NCBI GenBank assembly: GCA_964016885.1
Contig: OZ024740.1
Coordinates: 103,168,001 to 103,232,000, forward strand
Length of the DNA: 64,000 nucleotides
Source: Eledone cirrhosa
Taxonomy: Eukaryota
Direction: 5' to 3'
Under the pieces are notes generated by a model. It ran no database searches. It saw nothing but the letters and a program-made list of their open reading frames with translations, and was not told where the DNA came from. The position numbers were made by a program, and so were the translations under genes. The first letter of the stretch is position 1; each line of letters begins with the position of its first letter. Shown in pieces: positions 1 through 12,565 of the stretch.

Positions 1-29
1 AACACTTCCGATTATACAACATTCCTAAC

Positions 30-170
30 GTCTTCACGAACCAAAGTATCATCTTCCTGTTTTCTTTCGGTTGCAACGTTTTTCGAAATATTTACTTCTG
101 CGTTCACAGATTGATTTTTTTAGTTTCAGAAGATCCCATTAAGTGTGAAAGAAGCGATTCTTTGCTTATT
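30..170 (+). repeat. Copy of the ~375-bp interspersed repeat also found (inverted) at 11990-12565
   Basis: Reverse complement of ~12105-12250 (ttgcaacgtttttcgaaatatttacttctgcgttcacagattgatttttttagtttcagaagatcccattaag). Confidence 0.75.
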
Positions 171-458
171 TATATAATTATATATTCGTGTACAGATATT
201 TTTGCATACACAAAAACAAAATATAGACAAACGTATTTATTTCGCAAAAGCACAGACGGCTTATCGTCATTGTTACTGCCGATATGCCACCCAAAAGTCC
301 TAGCCTAGCTCCAAGATCAGATTTTCCAGAAGAAAAAATGTTATAACAAATGTATTTATTTCACGAAAGCACAGACGGTTTATCGTCATTGTTACTGCCG
401 ATATGCCACCCAAAAGATCAGATTTTCCAGAAGAAAAAATGCTACTAGAGCAACAGAG

Positions 459-647
459 AGACTAAGCTTCGCGATTACCATCAACAAAGCTCAGGGTCGA
501 ACCCTAAAAGTGGCTGGCCTTCATCTGGGAAAACCATGTTCAATTGTATGTAGGATGCTCTAGAGTGAGCTCGCCAAACAATCTCTTCATCTTTGGTCCG
601 AGGGCCGAACAAAAAATATTGTATACTCTGAGGCTCTAACAATGTAA
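459..647 (+). pseudogene. Helitron Rep/PIF1-like helicase C-terminal fragment
   Basis: Manual translation with frameshifts gives RLSFAITINKAQGRTLKVAGLHLGKPC/QLYVGCSRVSSPNNLFIFGP/RTKNIVYSEALTM*, matching the Helitron helicase ending (FAMTINKSQGQ..QLYVACSRV..TKNIVY). Preceded by a local duplication (~224-330 vs ~345-440). Confidence 0.85.
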
Positions 648-1299
648 TTTATGTATTTTCTGTTACTTGGAATTTCCATTATGGTTGTACAAATTATTGT
701 AAAGTTTGTTAAAAAATGTGTTCTCTGTTCAACATTTATTGTTGTAACTATCAATTTTCTTTAACGTACTGGCTGATAAAAGAAACCTACAATGAAAGAA
801 CATCTTAAAGTGTTGTATTTATTAACATTTCTATCTGCAGGTTCTTAGCAAGCTTACTGGCGCTTTAGAATGGTATTCAATTCTCATATCGTTTTTGATT
901 GATATGGTGCATATATCACAGCTATTCATATGTTTTAAACATTAGATAACGATTTCTGATGTATATTGTACGACAAAATTAGCTGAAAAATATTTTGAAT
1001 GAACAAATAAAAGGGCACTACAACGCTATTAGCTATTGTAAGGTCTGCTTATAGCATTATCCATCTTTCAAAAATGAAGGTCCACATTTCGTCAACTTCA
1101 ATACATTTTATTACATTGTAAACATTAACTTTTATGGAAATTTTATTACAAAATTTCAATTTAGTTTGATTTTTTGGAATTTATTTAACAAACATGGAAA
1201 AATAAGAAAAAGAATAAAATAAAAAATAATTTGATTGCCTTTAATAAAGAAAATAAATAGAGTGGAACTGATTTCCAGGTCATACTAATGAAACAAGGT

Positions 1300-1466
1300 T
1301 TTTTCCATTACTGATATTATCTGTCTGCTGCAAGTCCTGGTAGAAGATGCTACACGAACTAAAGTATTTTACTGAAGGACGCAACATGCTGCAGGATCGA
1401 AGAAACGAGCCCATGACTTTATAATGGTTAGTCCAGTACCGTAACCCCTAAGGCATGTGCCTTCAC
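1300..1466 (-). mobile_element. Degenerate tRNA-derived SINE
   Basis: Ends in ...taacccctaaggcatgtgccttcac, like the minus-strand SINE heads at 16720-16737 and 38240-38255. Confidence 0.45.
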
Positions 1467-1756
1467 AGAGGAAAGGTAAATGATTTTATAACAGATTAGA
1501 TGGGTACTATGTTAGGTATTACTATGTGTCATATTATACCAAAGAGGAAGTGTGCTGTATAATAAACATTGATATCAGGTTGATTCAATAACTATTCGGT
1601 CCCAAATATGAACCCATGAACTTATGGTCGTCAGTCAAACACTTTAACCATTGTATGTATACACGTATGGATGGATGGATGTGTGTATACATGTATGTAT
1701 GGATGGATGTATGCATGTATGTATACATGTATATATGTAAGTATGTATGCGTGTAT

Positions 1757-2978
1757 GAGAACAACTGGAAGAACTTTAGGAGCTCGGTCTATGAGGCTTC
1801 AGCAGAGGTCCTTGGCTTTGTCACAAGAAAACAAGGACTGGTTTGATGAGAATGACCAGTAGGTCAAGGCTCTGCTAGACAGAAAACAAAAGGCACTTGA
1901 TGCAGTTCTTAAAGGTGGTAGCTCTGTTGATGACAATTATGAGCGTTACAGACAGGTAAAGAAGGAAGTGCAGGTGAAACTCAGGGCTATGCAAAATACC
2001 TGGTGGAGCAACAAAGCAGATGAAGTTCAAGTGGCATCTGACGGCAACAATGTGAAACTGCCGCACTTTCTACTCACAGAGGTGTATGGCCCTTTCAGCT
2101 CTCCAGTGGCCCCTTTGAGATCGAAAGATAGCAAGCAATTACTGCGCGACCCAAAAGATACTCGACAGATAGAGAGATCACTTTGATGAGCTCTTAAACC
2201 AGGTTGATGATGATTTCATTTGTTCCATTCCTATTGAACCAGTGAAGCATATGAGATGGCTAATGTATCTTCTCTTGCAAAGGGGACTTCTGCTGTGCAT
2301 AAGCTGAACTGTGGTAAGTCTCCTGGTATGGATGGCCTGAGTGGAGCGGTTTTGAAGTATGGTGGTGAAAACTTCACGCAGCGCCTGACTGACCTCATGA
2401 AAATGGTGTGGGAAGATGAGAATGTCCCACAAGAAGGATGCGCTCACGGTGATTCTCCATAAAGGAAAGGACGGCAAGGACAAATGTGGCAATTATCATG
2501 TCATATCCCTTCTTTCAGTAGTTGGTAAAGTCGTGTCGAATATTGATGGATAGATTGATCCCAATAGTTGCTCTGAATGTGTTGCCTGAGTCGCAGTGTG
2601 GGTTCAGAAACGAAAGAGGAACAGTAGATATGATCGTTTCTGCTCGGCAGCCGCAAGAAAAGTGTATCGAACAATGTATGGGCCTTTACCAGGTCTTTGT
2701 TGACTTGACAAAGGCCTTTGACACTGTCAATCGAACTGCATTGTGGGAAAAAAATCCAAAGTAGGGTAGAAGATTCTGCATCTTTTCCATGATGACATGA
2801 AGGCTTTGATCAGTATTGATGGTAGCATCTCTGAACCAATATCAGTTGAAAATGGAGTGAAGCAACAGAACATTCCAGCTCCAACTCTGTTTTCCTTATA
2901 TTTTACGATAGTGTTTCTCATGGCATTCAAATATTGTTCTCATGGGGTTTACATCAGGTATCGCACTTCAGGAAGGTT
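1757..2978 (+). mobile_element. RTE/BovB-type LINE ORF, upstream part (RT N-terminal half), degraded
   Basis: ORF pieces KSPGMDG, LPESQCGFRNERGTVDMI, FVDLTKAFDTVNR, NGVKQ..PTLFSLYF, with stops and frameshifts. The reading frame resumes at 5274. Confidence 0.9.
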
Positions 2979-5273
2979 TTTAGGAGATTAGTATCGGTGT
3001 ACATATAAAATTATTACAAAAGACAGTAAATACCGGTGTGTGTTGTGATAATGTTTTTACTTCATAGAAGTCAAAGGTATTAAATAAAATGGTGCATTAC
3101 CCGATGGTCACAACTCCAGGCTGAAGTGTGTAGAGAAAAGAAGAGATCTTTTCTAGTTGGTATTAACATCTTAGGCTCTCAGGCTGCAAGTTGCATTGTT
3201 CTTGGTAGCGAAGGATTATCAAAAATGAATCATCTCAAGCTAAGGTCGCAGGTGTTACCACTTTGGAAATCAGGAGACGAGAGAGAGATTCTTCAAATCT
3301 TTGCGGGTAATTTCTCCCTCAGGACGCGTAGGGATACATCCTCTTCTACTGACGCTGATTGGCTGAGCTGAGCCAAATCACGCACAGAGAATGTATGTGA
3401 GCCCGCGGAATGTAGGTCACTACAATACTCCCCTTCTAGACAGAAGTCGGTACAGATTATTGAATCAGCAAGAACAAATGCTGAAAGAGCACATCAGTGA
3501 AAAAATAATTGAGCAAAAGGATGCATGCAAGAAAAAAAATGAGGCGCTAAGGGCCGTGTTGAGCCGCTGTGTCAAATGACTAGCTGTTTTGTAGTTTATA
3601 CGTGACCACCAAAGGTCTAACAGAAAACGGATAAAGTCTGACAAGGACGAAGTTGCCGTTCTTGCATTAAATGTTAATGGTAAGTGTTGTACCAGTAGCT
3701 GTGGATGAAGCTATTATGGTAGTTTACCAGTGCTGGCAAGAAGATGATGGGTAGGCGAGAAAATGTTGGCCTCCCAGATGTATTGCCGAATGTGCTAGGG
3801 AGCCAGGAAAAAATGGCTGGTTGCTTTGAAAAGAAAAAAAAGCAAGTCGAATCTGTAGGTGGGTTGCAGTGTAAATTCCATAACTCGGGCGAATCCTGAA
3901 AAGTCCAGTTCTATTTGTTGTTTTCCCAGTGAGTCGGGTAAGGTAACAAGATGGAGGTTGTTATGGACGATGAGTGTGCAACGAGATGCGAAACTGTTTG
4001 AGTTCAGCTGCAATTAGCATTCTCGTGTTGCGGTGCCTGTCTGAATCCAGGTGAATTAAGCTCTACGAGTCGCTAGCATGTGACGGCACCTCAACCAGGT
4101 GAAAAGGGATCTCACAGAATATTACGTTTGAAGAACATATACTAAGAACAACATGTTGGTAGGTGACAAAGAAATGTGTGCATATGCAGGCATGTAAAAC
4201 AGCAAAGAATGTGAATGAACAAAAACCATGAGCAAGCAAATAGCAAAAGAGCACAAAACAAGTAAATGCATTTTACAAAGAAATATGTGAATGTAACAAA
4301 CTGATAATTCAAAGTCAATATAAGGGAGCAGAGAAATTAATGCTCAATGATAAGTTCAAAGTTTTTCAAAGTCAAATAGTTCACACATCACCAGTGTACA
4401 GACTTTCTGACACTAGTTCTATCTGAAAACTGAAAAAGAAGTTTGTTAATCCCACTAGGGGTTAGATGTATATTGTTTTTGAGAGTTTTCGTGGCCATTT
4501 TACCGTCCTGCCACCTTGTGTGACATAAGGTTGTGTTGCTTGTTTGTATTGCAGGAAGCCGTATCGAAAGAAAAAAAAATGTCTCCGGGCTATAATTTTG
4601 AAAATACATGTGAAAGCATAGAAGTAAACAATATGATGTGTGGTGGTTGCGTCGGCAAGGCTATGAAGCTGCCATATCACTATTCCCTGTTGTTGGTTAG
4701 TGGTTAAACAATGTTGTCGCTGCTGCTGCTGTTGTTGTTGTCGATTGTAGACAGGACTTGTCGGTAGCCATTTTGAAATTTCCTCGTGGCGAAAAGTTTT
4801 TGAAATACTGCTAATTTTTTTTTAATTTTAAAAGGAATATTTTGTATTTACAATATTCCTCACGTCAGGTCACCAATTTAACAGCATGGATTATAAATGT
4901 TATTGAGACACGAGTAACATAATAATGACGTCAACAGCAGAAATTAGAGATGAAATGTATGTTTATTTTTGTTGTAGCACAAATAATGTTGGTTAACTTG
5001 TATGGTTGAAGTTACACATAAAATGAGGTTACAAAAGGGAATGTGCCATTGCGCCGGAAAGCCGGCAGGCCAAGGTGCAAAATCTCACCGTCACATGTAC
5101 GTGTTGCTGGTTCGAAGTTCCTGGTGCGAGAGAGAGATTCTTCAAATCTTCGCGGGTAATTTCTCCCTCAGGACGCGTAGGGATACATCCTCTTCTACTG
5201 GCACTGATTGGCTGATCTGAGCCAAATCACGCACAGAGAATGTATGTGAGCCCGCAGAATGTAGGTCACTACA
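2979..5273 (-). mobile_element. Non-autonomous LTR retroelement nested in the RTE LINE
   Basis: 4-bp TSD GGTT (2975-2978, 5274-5277). Near-identical ~145-bp blocks at 3279-3424 and 5128-5273 end in CTACA (TGTAG on minus). Purine tract AGAAGGGGAGTA abuts the left repeat on minus. Removing the element restores RTE YRTSGRLFNTRRF. Confidence 0.85.
4861..4875 (-). promoter_or_regulatory. Primer-binding site, tRNA-Trp-like
   Basis: Minus strand TGGTGACCTGACGTG resembles the tRNA-Trp PBS TGGTGACCCCGACGTG and lies just inside the 5' LTR. Confidence 0.7.
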
Positions 5274-6340
5274 GGTTGTTCAACACCAGACGCTTTGGTA
5301 CAAGCACAAAAGTATTAACATCTATTATCCGAGAGTTTTTGTATGCAGACAACTGCGATCTTTTTGCACACACACAAAGTGACATGCAGCATATTATGAA
5401 CTCTTTTTCTGCAGCTTGCAGCACTTTGGCCATCACAATAAGCTTGGAAAAGACTGTTGTGATGTATCAGCCAGTACCTGTAAACGAGTACACTGCACCA
5501 AGTGTGTACGTGTACGGAAAGAGGCTAAAAGTTGCTGACAAGTTTGTTTACCTTGGTAGTACGTTCCACACTTCATGCACACATGATAATGAAATATCCT
5601 TAAGAATCAAGAAAGCCAGTGATGCTTTTGGACGGCTGCATCAACGTTTATGGTCCAGACGAGGTATCATTATCGAAACCAAGATGAAAGTGTATCTGAC
5701 TTGTGTCGTCTCCTCTTTACTTTATGTTTGTGAAACGTGGGTCATATACAGAAAGCACCTCAAGGATCTGGAGAGATTTCACCAACAATCTCTTCATAAG
5801 TTACTTGGGATGTGGTGGAAAATGTTCGCCAGTGATTTGGAAGTTCTACAACGGAGCAGGTGCGTGACTATAGAGAGCATAATCTTTCGGTATCGGTTGA
5901 GGTGGTGCAGTCATGTGGTCCAGATGTCTGATGTTCGTATTCCAAAGCAACTTCTCTATGGAGAACTGTGTGAAGGAAGGCGACCACCACATAAACCAAA
6001 GATGCGGTACCGGGACTGTATCAGGGGCACCTTGGCTTGTGCTGGAATTTCATCTGACGAATTGGAGAAAATGGCTGACGAGCGTGTGAAGTGGAGACGT
6101 TTGATCAAGTCAGGTGGTGAACACTTTGAAACTCGTCGGAGAGAACACCTAACACTGAAAAGGAAGGTGAGGATTGAGACTGTTCTGAACTGCCTACTGT
6201 TGAACATCATCTGGTTTGCCAGCACTGTGGTCGAGTCAGCCTGAGCAAAGCTGGTTTGATTAGACATGAACAAAGCCATATCAGTAGACCTCATGTAGAT
6301 CATGATCTGAAAAGGTGTAAGAAATGTACAAGCATGGGAG
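5274..6340 (+). mobile_element. RTE/BovB-type LINE ORF, 3' part
   Basis: ORF 5240-6244 contains EFLYADNCDL (YADD motif), FVYLGS, LLYVCETW, RLRWCSHV, RIPKQLLYGEL. Confidence 0.92.
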
Positions 6341-6542
6341 GTCTTAAAAGATACATGTGAACATACAGCCAGAACAAAGCAATGGAAGGTTTCGGGGGAG
6401 CCTAAAGTTTGGCTGGTTTAAAGAGTCACATTTGTGCTTCACATTTTTTAACATTTTATCGGACAATGGCAATACTTGAACACGAGTTTGCAGCATTATG
6501 TAGTAAGTATGTATGTATGTATGTATGTATGTATGTATGTAT

Positions 6543-7090
6543 GTCGGGTCACTCTTGGCTGCTATTGGTAACATGTAACCCAGTACAACCTGTTGCATGG
6601 TCGGGTCGTCGGCGACTAAACCGGCAACCCCACCAAGTTTACTTGGTGAGGAGAGTGATTTTGGACACCCTGCAGGACAAAAAACAAAACCTGACAAAGG
6701 GCGGAAGATCTCATAAGAGTCAACGGCCATCCAAAAGTGTGTAAATATGTATAAACACATGTACATATGTATGTATATGTATATGTGTATATACATGGGT
6801 GCATGTGTATGTACATGCACGGGGACATAGAAATAATTGGGCTGGACACCCGATCGCGCGGTTAAACCACTGGGAGTGAAGGGCCCCTAGCCTTTGTCAG
6901 GGCATTCTTCTAGGAGAAGGCAACTCAGGAAACTGGGATAACTCCGATATAAAACCTGCGGCTCAGTAGTTACCGATGATGTTGATCTTTTCTTCTTTTC
7001 GGGTTATAGCTACTGTCGCTCAGAGAGTGGGATTGGCTCAGTGCACAGTCTTTCCTCATTTAAAAAAATATCTTCATGCACAGGCATTGC
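6543..7090 (+). mobile_element. RTE-type 5'UTR-like repeat fragment
   Basis: 6560-6736 is the reverse complement of 26630-26806. Interrupted by a microsatellite at ~6737-6820. Family assignment is from resemblance only. Confidence 0.6.
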
Positions 7091-7219
7091 ACGATAGAAT
7101 TAATTAGTAATTATTAATAATGGTATATCGTGCAATGGCCATACACGATAACGAGAGGACAGCTATCATGTATGCATGCATGCGTGTATGTATGTGTGTG
7201 TGTTTGAGTGTGTGCGTGC

Positions 7220-7251
<32 letters not shown>

Positions 7252-7435
7252 GCATGTGGGTGTGTATATATATATATCTCCATATACATATTTATTCAGC
7301 TGATATAGGCTGGATTGGTTGGAATATTCTGACGCGAATTCTTTCTGCTCTGTTAAATCGAAACAAATCTTGACTTTTTATTTGAGGTTTTCTATATAAG
7401 AGACTGGGAGACCATGTTGATACTATGAAGGCCAT

Positions 7436-8035
7436 TTGTGCTAAGCCGCCTGGACTATTGCTCCCAGCTGTGGTCACCCCATAGTATCAAACCACGGAAC
7501 TTGAGACAATCCAACGAAGTTACACCAAGAGGATTGCACGATGAAGGAGATGAGCTACTGGGAGTGGCTAAAAGAACTGAAACTCCTTGGAACGAAGACG
7601 GGAGAGATACGCAGGGATATACATATGGAAAATCCTGGAGGGACTAGCGCCAAACTTTGGTATTGAGAGCGGGACCAACCCCCGAACAGGACGTCACTGT
7701 GTGGTGACAAAGATCCCGTCTTCCACATCTAGAACAAGAAGCAGATATTGCAATAGACTGGAGTTCAAAGGCCCTCAACTCTTCAACAAACTGCCGAGTG
7801 ATTTGAGAGATCTACATGGTGTGGCCGTGGATATTTTCAAGAAACTTCTCCCCACCCTGTTATCCAGGATCCCGGATGAGCCCACATCACGGTACGAAGG
7901 TAACCTAAGGGCAGCAGCAACGAACTCCCTCTTACATCAATGGCCAGCCAACACAGGCTGGAGATAGAATGTGTAGCAACAAGGGCAGTGCCCAATCATG
8001 GTCTCAGCCGGATGGCTGGAACAGCTAAAAGAGTA
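7436..8035 (+). mobile_element. CR1/L2-group LINE 3' fragment
   Basis: LSRLDYCSQLWSPH; ERRRERYAGIYIWKILEGLAPNFGI..GPQLFNKLP..IPDEP; (TA)n tail. Confidence 0.85.
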
Positions 8036-8296
8036 TATATATATATTTAATATAGAAATGGCTTCAACAGGACTAGAACTGTTTCATTCGGAGGAAATCA
8101 TCAGAAAAGCCGACTGTCAATGTAATATGGTGGTATTTATACATTTTCTGGTGGTAGGGGAGGGTAGTAAATTGATGCTAAGTAGACAAACACATACACA
8201 CTGACAGGCACTCCTAATTTTCAAGATTCATTTATTCCAAACAAACAAAGGGTTTTCATTGAGTGGCAATATTAAAATGTTCTGCTAAAAGATATA

Positions 8297-8318
8297 AATA
8301 TGTGTGTATGTGTTTGTG

Positions 8319-8353
<35 letters not shown>

Positions 8354-8358
8354 TTGTG

Positions 8359-8391
<33 letters not shown>

Positions 8392-8488
8392 TTGTGTATA
8401 TATATATGTGTGTGTGTGTGTGTTTGTGTATATATATATATATGTGAGTGTGTTTGTGTATATATATATATATGTGTGTGTGTGTGTT

Positions 8489-8532
<44 letters not shown>
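8297..8532. repeat. Compound (TG)n/(TA)n microsatellite
   Basis: Direct reading; explains the spurious CV/YI/HT ORFs. Confidence 0.95.
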
Positions 8533-8534
8533 CA

Positions 8535-9270
8535 AATTTCAATAATATTAAGACACCCTAATGGGGGTTAAACGCCCTATAGTGAAAAGTTTGGCCAATA
8601 AATGGAACAAGATTTTACAAACTCCTATGGTTTTGGAGATAGACCCCCATAACCATATATATTCTGAAACTACATTGCCCAGGGTACTTGTATAAGTATA
8701 TTTCATTTTAATCAAAGGGTTCATCGGGGGCACAAAACCGCCGCTGAAACTTTACCTTTGATTTATATGAAATTTAAACCATAGGTAAATGACAAGATAT
8801 GATGCCTATTCACAAAATTTCAGCAAATTTCAATAAAATTAAAATACCCTAATAGGGGTTAAACCCCCTATTAGGGTTCACCGGTGGCACAAACCCCTGC
8901 TGAAAATATTTTCCCTTCGATTTATATGCAATTTAAACCATAGGTAAACGACAAGATATGATGCCTATTCACATCATTTCAGCAAATTTCAATAAAATTA
9001 CAATACCCTAATGGGGGTTAAACCCCCTATTAGGGTTCACAAAATCCCCGCTGAAAATTTTTTCGGTTCGATTTATATGCAATTTAAACCATAGATAAAT
9101 GAAGAGATATGATGCCTATTCACACAATTTCAATACTATAAGACACCTTAATGGTGGTTAAACCCCCTATTAGGGTTCCCCGGGGGTACAAACCCCCGCT
9201 GAAAACTTTTCTTTTTCGATTTATATGAAACTTAAACCATAGGTAAATGACAAGATATGCCTATTCACAA
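8535..9270. repeat. ~145-160-bp tandem array with internal palindrome
   Basis: Units begin near 8826, 8985 and 9128, plus partials. Each has ccctaataggggttaaaccccctattaggg-like hairpins and gatttatatgcaatttaaaccataggtaaa. Confidence 0.85.
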
Positions 9271-9410
9271 AAGTTTTCAACTGATATTTTGAAAAAAATT
9301 ATTTACAAGAAACAAAATAAGAATAAGATTTAATAATGCAATTTTGATTTGATATATTACAAAAAATGATGTTTTCCAATTTTTCATGCATTATATTTTA
9401 CATTGAGTAA

Positions 9411-9600
9411 GGGCGATGGATTAGCAGTATCGGTAGAGGGTTGGACGCCATGCTTTTCAGCACAGTTACGTCCCTTTACGGACTGAGTTCAAATCGCGCC
9501 GAGGTTCACTTTGCCTTTCATCCTTACGGGGTCGATAAAATAAAGTACCAGTAATAGACTGGAATAATTGCTGGCCTTGTGCCAAAAGTAGAAACAATTA
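9411..9600 (+). mobile_element. tRNA-derived SINE family B (Nin/Deu-like core), with TSD
   Basis: B-box GAGTTCAAATC; core gcctttcatccttacggggtcgataaaataaagtaccag; flanked by duplicated ttttacattgagtaa. Confidence 0.85.
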
Positions 9601-9689
9601 TATTTTACATTGAGTAATATTGAGTTTTTCTCCATAAATTATATCAGATTTAAAATCAATCATCATTTTCTTACAAAAAATATGAGTGA

Positions 9690-9720
9690 AACGCAGCAAG
9701 GCGCTGGTAATTCGGCTAGT
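9690..9720 (+). mobile_element. Helitron-like 3' terminus
   Basis: Short hairpin cagc-aaggc-gctg followed ~9 nt later by CTAG|T. Confidence 0.45.
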
Positions 9721-9749
9721 ATATGTGTGTATATATATGTGTGTGTGTG

Positions 9750-10740
9750 TGCTCATTATGTAGGAGAGGTGTAGGTAGAAACTCCATCCTCTGCCCCATA
9801 TGCAAACTATGGGTACACAAGAGATGTAGTGGGATCTCAGGAAGTTTAGTTAAGAATGTAGGCTTTACATGTAGCAGTTGCACCAGGACAGTAAGCAGCA
9901 AACAATCACTGAAAACAAGTGACATCAAAGTCTTGGAGGACTTGGTAAAAACAATACCGAATTAACAGCGGAGGGGGGTGTTCTGAAAGAACGGGATGGA
10001 AGAAGTTGAGGGAGCTACTGCCACAGCTGGATACAAAAGGCTTTTCCCTCAGAATTAAAAGGTAGACTGTATGATGTGTGCATATGAACGGCAATGTTGC
10101 ATGGTAGTGAGAGCTGGGCGCTGTGTGTAGAAGACTTGCGTAGATTAGAAAGGAATGAGCTTGTATGCTCCGATGGATGTGTAATAGTAATATACGCGAA
10201 CAGCAAAGCATAAACAAACTGAAAGAGAAACTAGGCATAAGAGGAATCAAATGTTGTGTGCAGGAGAGGAGATTATGTTGGTATGGACATGTGATTCGTA
10301 TGAAGGATGACAGCTACATAAAGTCCCAGAAAGACTTGAGATGAAGTGATAAAAGCCGACCTTGCCCAATTGCACCTCTGAAAGGCAATGACACAGGACC
10401 AAGATCTCTGGCGTTATGAGGTAATACAGAAACCCCAACTTCCCACGGGCCCAGGCCAAGGCTGAAACATACATACAGTATGCACCACTCCATCCCACCC
10501 GCCAATATATCTTTCATGAGAACAGAGCGAAACACTGTAAAGTGGTCGTGATGGTGACATGGTAAAAAACACCCAGTCCACACTGTAAAGTAGTCGTGGA
10601 GGAATCACAACAAAAAACACCCAGTACTCACTGTAAATGAGCTTGGCATTAGGAAGGGCATCCAGCTGTAGAAACCAAGCCAAAATCAGTTCTTTATGAG
10701 CAAGACATGGTCACCTGACCTAACATTGCCAACAATAGAA
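9750..10740 (+). mobile_element. PHD-finger RTE LINE 3' fragment with appended SINE-like module
   Basis: CSLCRRGVGRNSILCPICKLWVHKRCSG; homologous to 52380-53418. Confidence 0.85.
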
Positions 10741-11117
10741 GGCACATGGCTCGGTGGTTAGAGCATTGGGCTTGCAATTGAAAGGTTGTGAGTTTAATTC
10801 TCGGACCGGGTGATGTGTTGTTTCCTTGAGCAAGACACTTTATTTCACATTGCTCCAGTTTACTCAGCTGTAGAAATGAGATGATAGGACTGGGGTCCCT
10901 ATCATTCCACTGCAAAGTGGTCGTGGAGGTGCCACGGCAAAAAAAAAAACACCCAGCACTCACTGTAAATGAGGTTGGTGTTAGGAAGGGCATCAAGCTG
11001 TAGAAATCAAGACAGAATCAGTTCCCGTTGAGCAAGACAAGGTCAGCCGACCGAACACTGCCCACAACAGGACAACCCATGCTAGCGTAGAAGAACTGAC
11101 ATAAAATGATGATGATG
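10741..11117 (+). mobile_element. tRNA-derived SINE family A (RTE-tailed)
   Basis: A-box TGGCTCGGTGG, B-box-like GAGTTTAATTC, core ccttgagcaagacactttatttcacattgctccagt, (ATG)n tail. Confidence 0.88.
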
Positions 11118-11185
11118 AAATATAACAGAGTTTTATAGCTTGCTTGAAGCATTGATGAATAGGAAACTCAAATTTAAATTTTGAA

Positions 11186-11521
11186 AACCAAGTTGAGGGC
11201 CTTTGAACCCCAGGCTATTGCAATAGCTGCTCCTGATTCTAGATGTGGAAGACGGGACCTTTGGTACCACACAGTGACGTTCTGTTCGAGAATTGGTCCA
11301 GCTCTCAATGCGAAAGTTTGGTCTTAGTCCCCGCAGGATTTTCCATATGTATATCATTGCATATCTCTCCCATCTTCATTCCGAGGAGTAGAGTTTCAGT
11401 TCTTTTAGACTCTCCCAGTAGTTTATCTCCTTCATCGTGGCAACCTTCTTGGTGTAGCTTCATTGGATTGCTTCAAGCTCCATGGTTGGTTTGATACTAT
11501 GGGGTGACCACAACTGGGAGC
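11186..11521 (-). mobile_element. CR1/L2-group LINE fragment
   Basis: IYIWKILRGLRPNFRIES..GFKGPQL; homologous to 7460-7780. Confidence 0.85.
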
Positions 11522-11523
11522 TT

Positions 11524-11889
11524 TCATCATCATTTCATTTTAGGTCCACTTTTTCCCTGCTTGCAAGGGTGGGACGGGAACTGATTCTGGTTTGATTTCT
11601 ACAGCTGGATGCCCTTCCTAACACCAACCTCATTTAGAGTGAGTGCTGGGTGCTTTTTTCCCGTGGCACCTCCACATCCACTTTACAGTGTGGGCTGGGT
11701 GCTTTTTTGCCGTGGCACCTCCACGACCACTTTGCAGTGGAATGATAGGGACACCAGTCCTATCATCTCATTTCTACAGCTGAGTAAACTGGAGCAATGT
11801 GAAATAAAGTGTCTTGCTCAAGGAAACAACACATCACCCGGTCTGAGAATTGAACTCACAACCTTTCGATTGCAAGGCCAATGCTCTCA
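11524..11889 (-). mobile_element. SINE family A copy (5'-truncated)
   Basis: Reverse complement of the 10741 element; tail cccacccttgcaagcagggaaaaagtggac..(ATG)n. Confidence 0.88.
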
Positions 11890-11957
11890 ATATGTATATA
11901 TACACACATATATATAAACTAATATATACACACACACATATATATAAACTAATATAT

Positions 11958-11989
<32 letters not shown>

Positions 11990-11990
<1 letters not shown>

Positions 11991-12565
11991 GTAATAATAA
12001 TACATATGAAGACTAAAATCCAAAGAGGGCTCGATAGGGATAAATATATATCAATTATATAAGAACCGTAGAGCAAATATTTATTAAAATAACAGATTAA
12101 AGTTTAAGCAAAGAATCGGCTGCTTTCACCCTTAATGGGATCTTCTGAAACTAAAAAAAAAATCAATCTGTGAACGCAGAAGTAAATATTTCGAAAAACG
12201 TTGCAACTGAAGGAAGACAGAAAGACGATCCTTTGGTTCGTGGAGACGTAGTTTTAGGTATTTCTTCCTGCTTGGTACGGGTATGTTCTTTGTAGAAATA
12301 TTCAGATGTTGTTTCTGCATGATGAATATAAGTCAATAGAGTACTCAATCAAGGGAGCCAAATAGTAATAATAATAAATTTGAAGGCTAACATCCAAAGA
12401 GGGCTCGATAAGGATAAATATATATCAAATATATAAGAACCGTAGAGCAAATATTTATTAAAATAACAGATTAAAGTTTAAGCAAAGAATCGGCTGCTTT
12501 CATCCTTAATCGGATCTTCTGAAACTAAAAGAAATCAATCTGTGAACGCAGAAGTAAATATTTCT
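11990..12565 (-). repeat. Partial tandem of a ~375-bp interspersed unit (possible non-autonomous Penelope derivative)
   Basis: Direct duplication 11990-12192 / 12363-12565; another copy at 30-170. Confidence 0.7.

Noticed and set aside
841-872. Possible small exon (ctgcag|VLSKLTGALE..|gtattc)
   Set aside because: No recognisable homology or partner exons, and the donor is weak.
10741-10810. tRNA gene
   Set aside because: A/B boxes are present but it continues into a SINE core and is multicopy: a SINE head.
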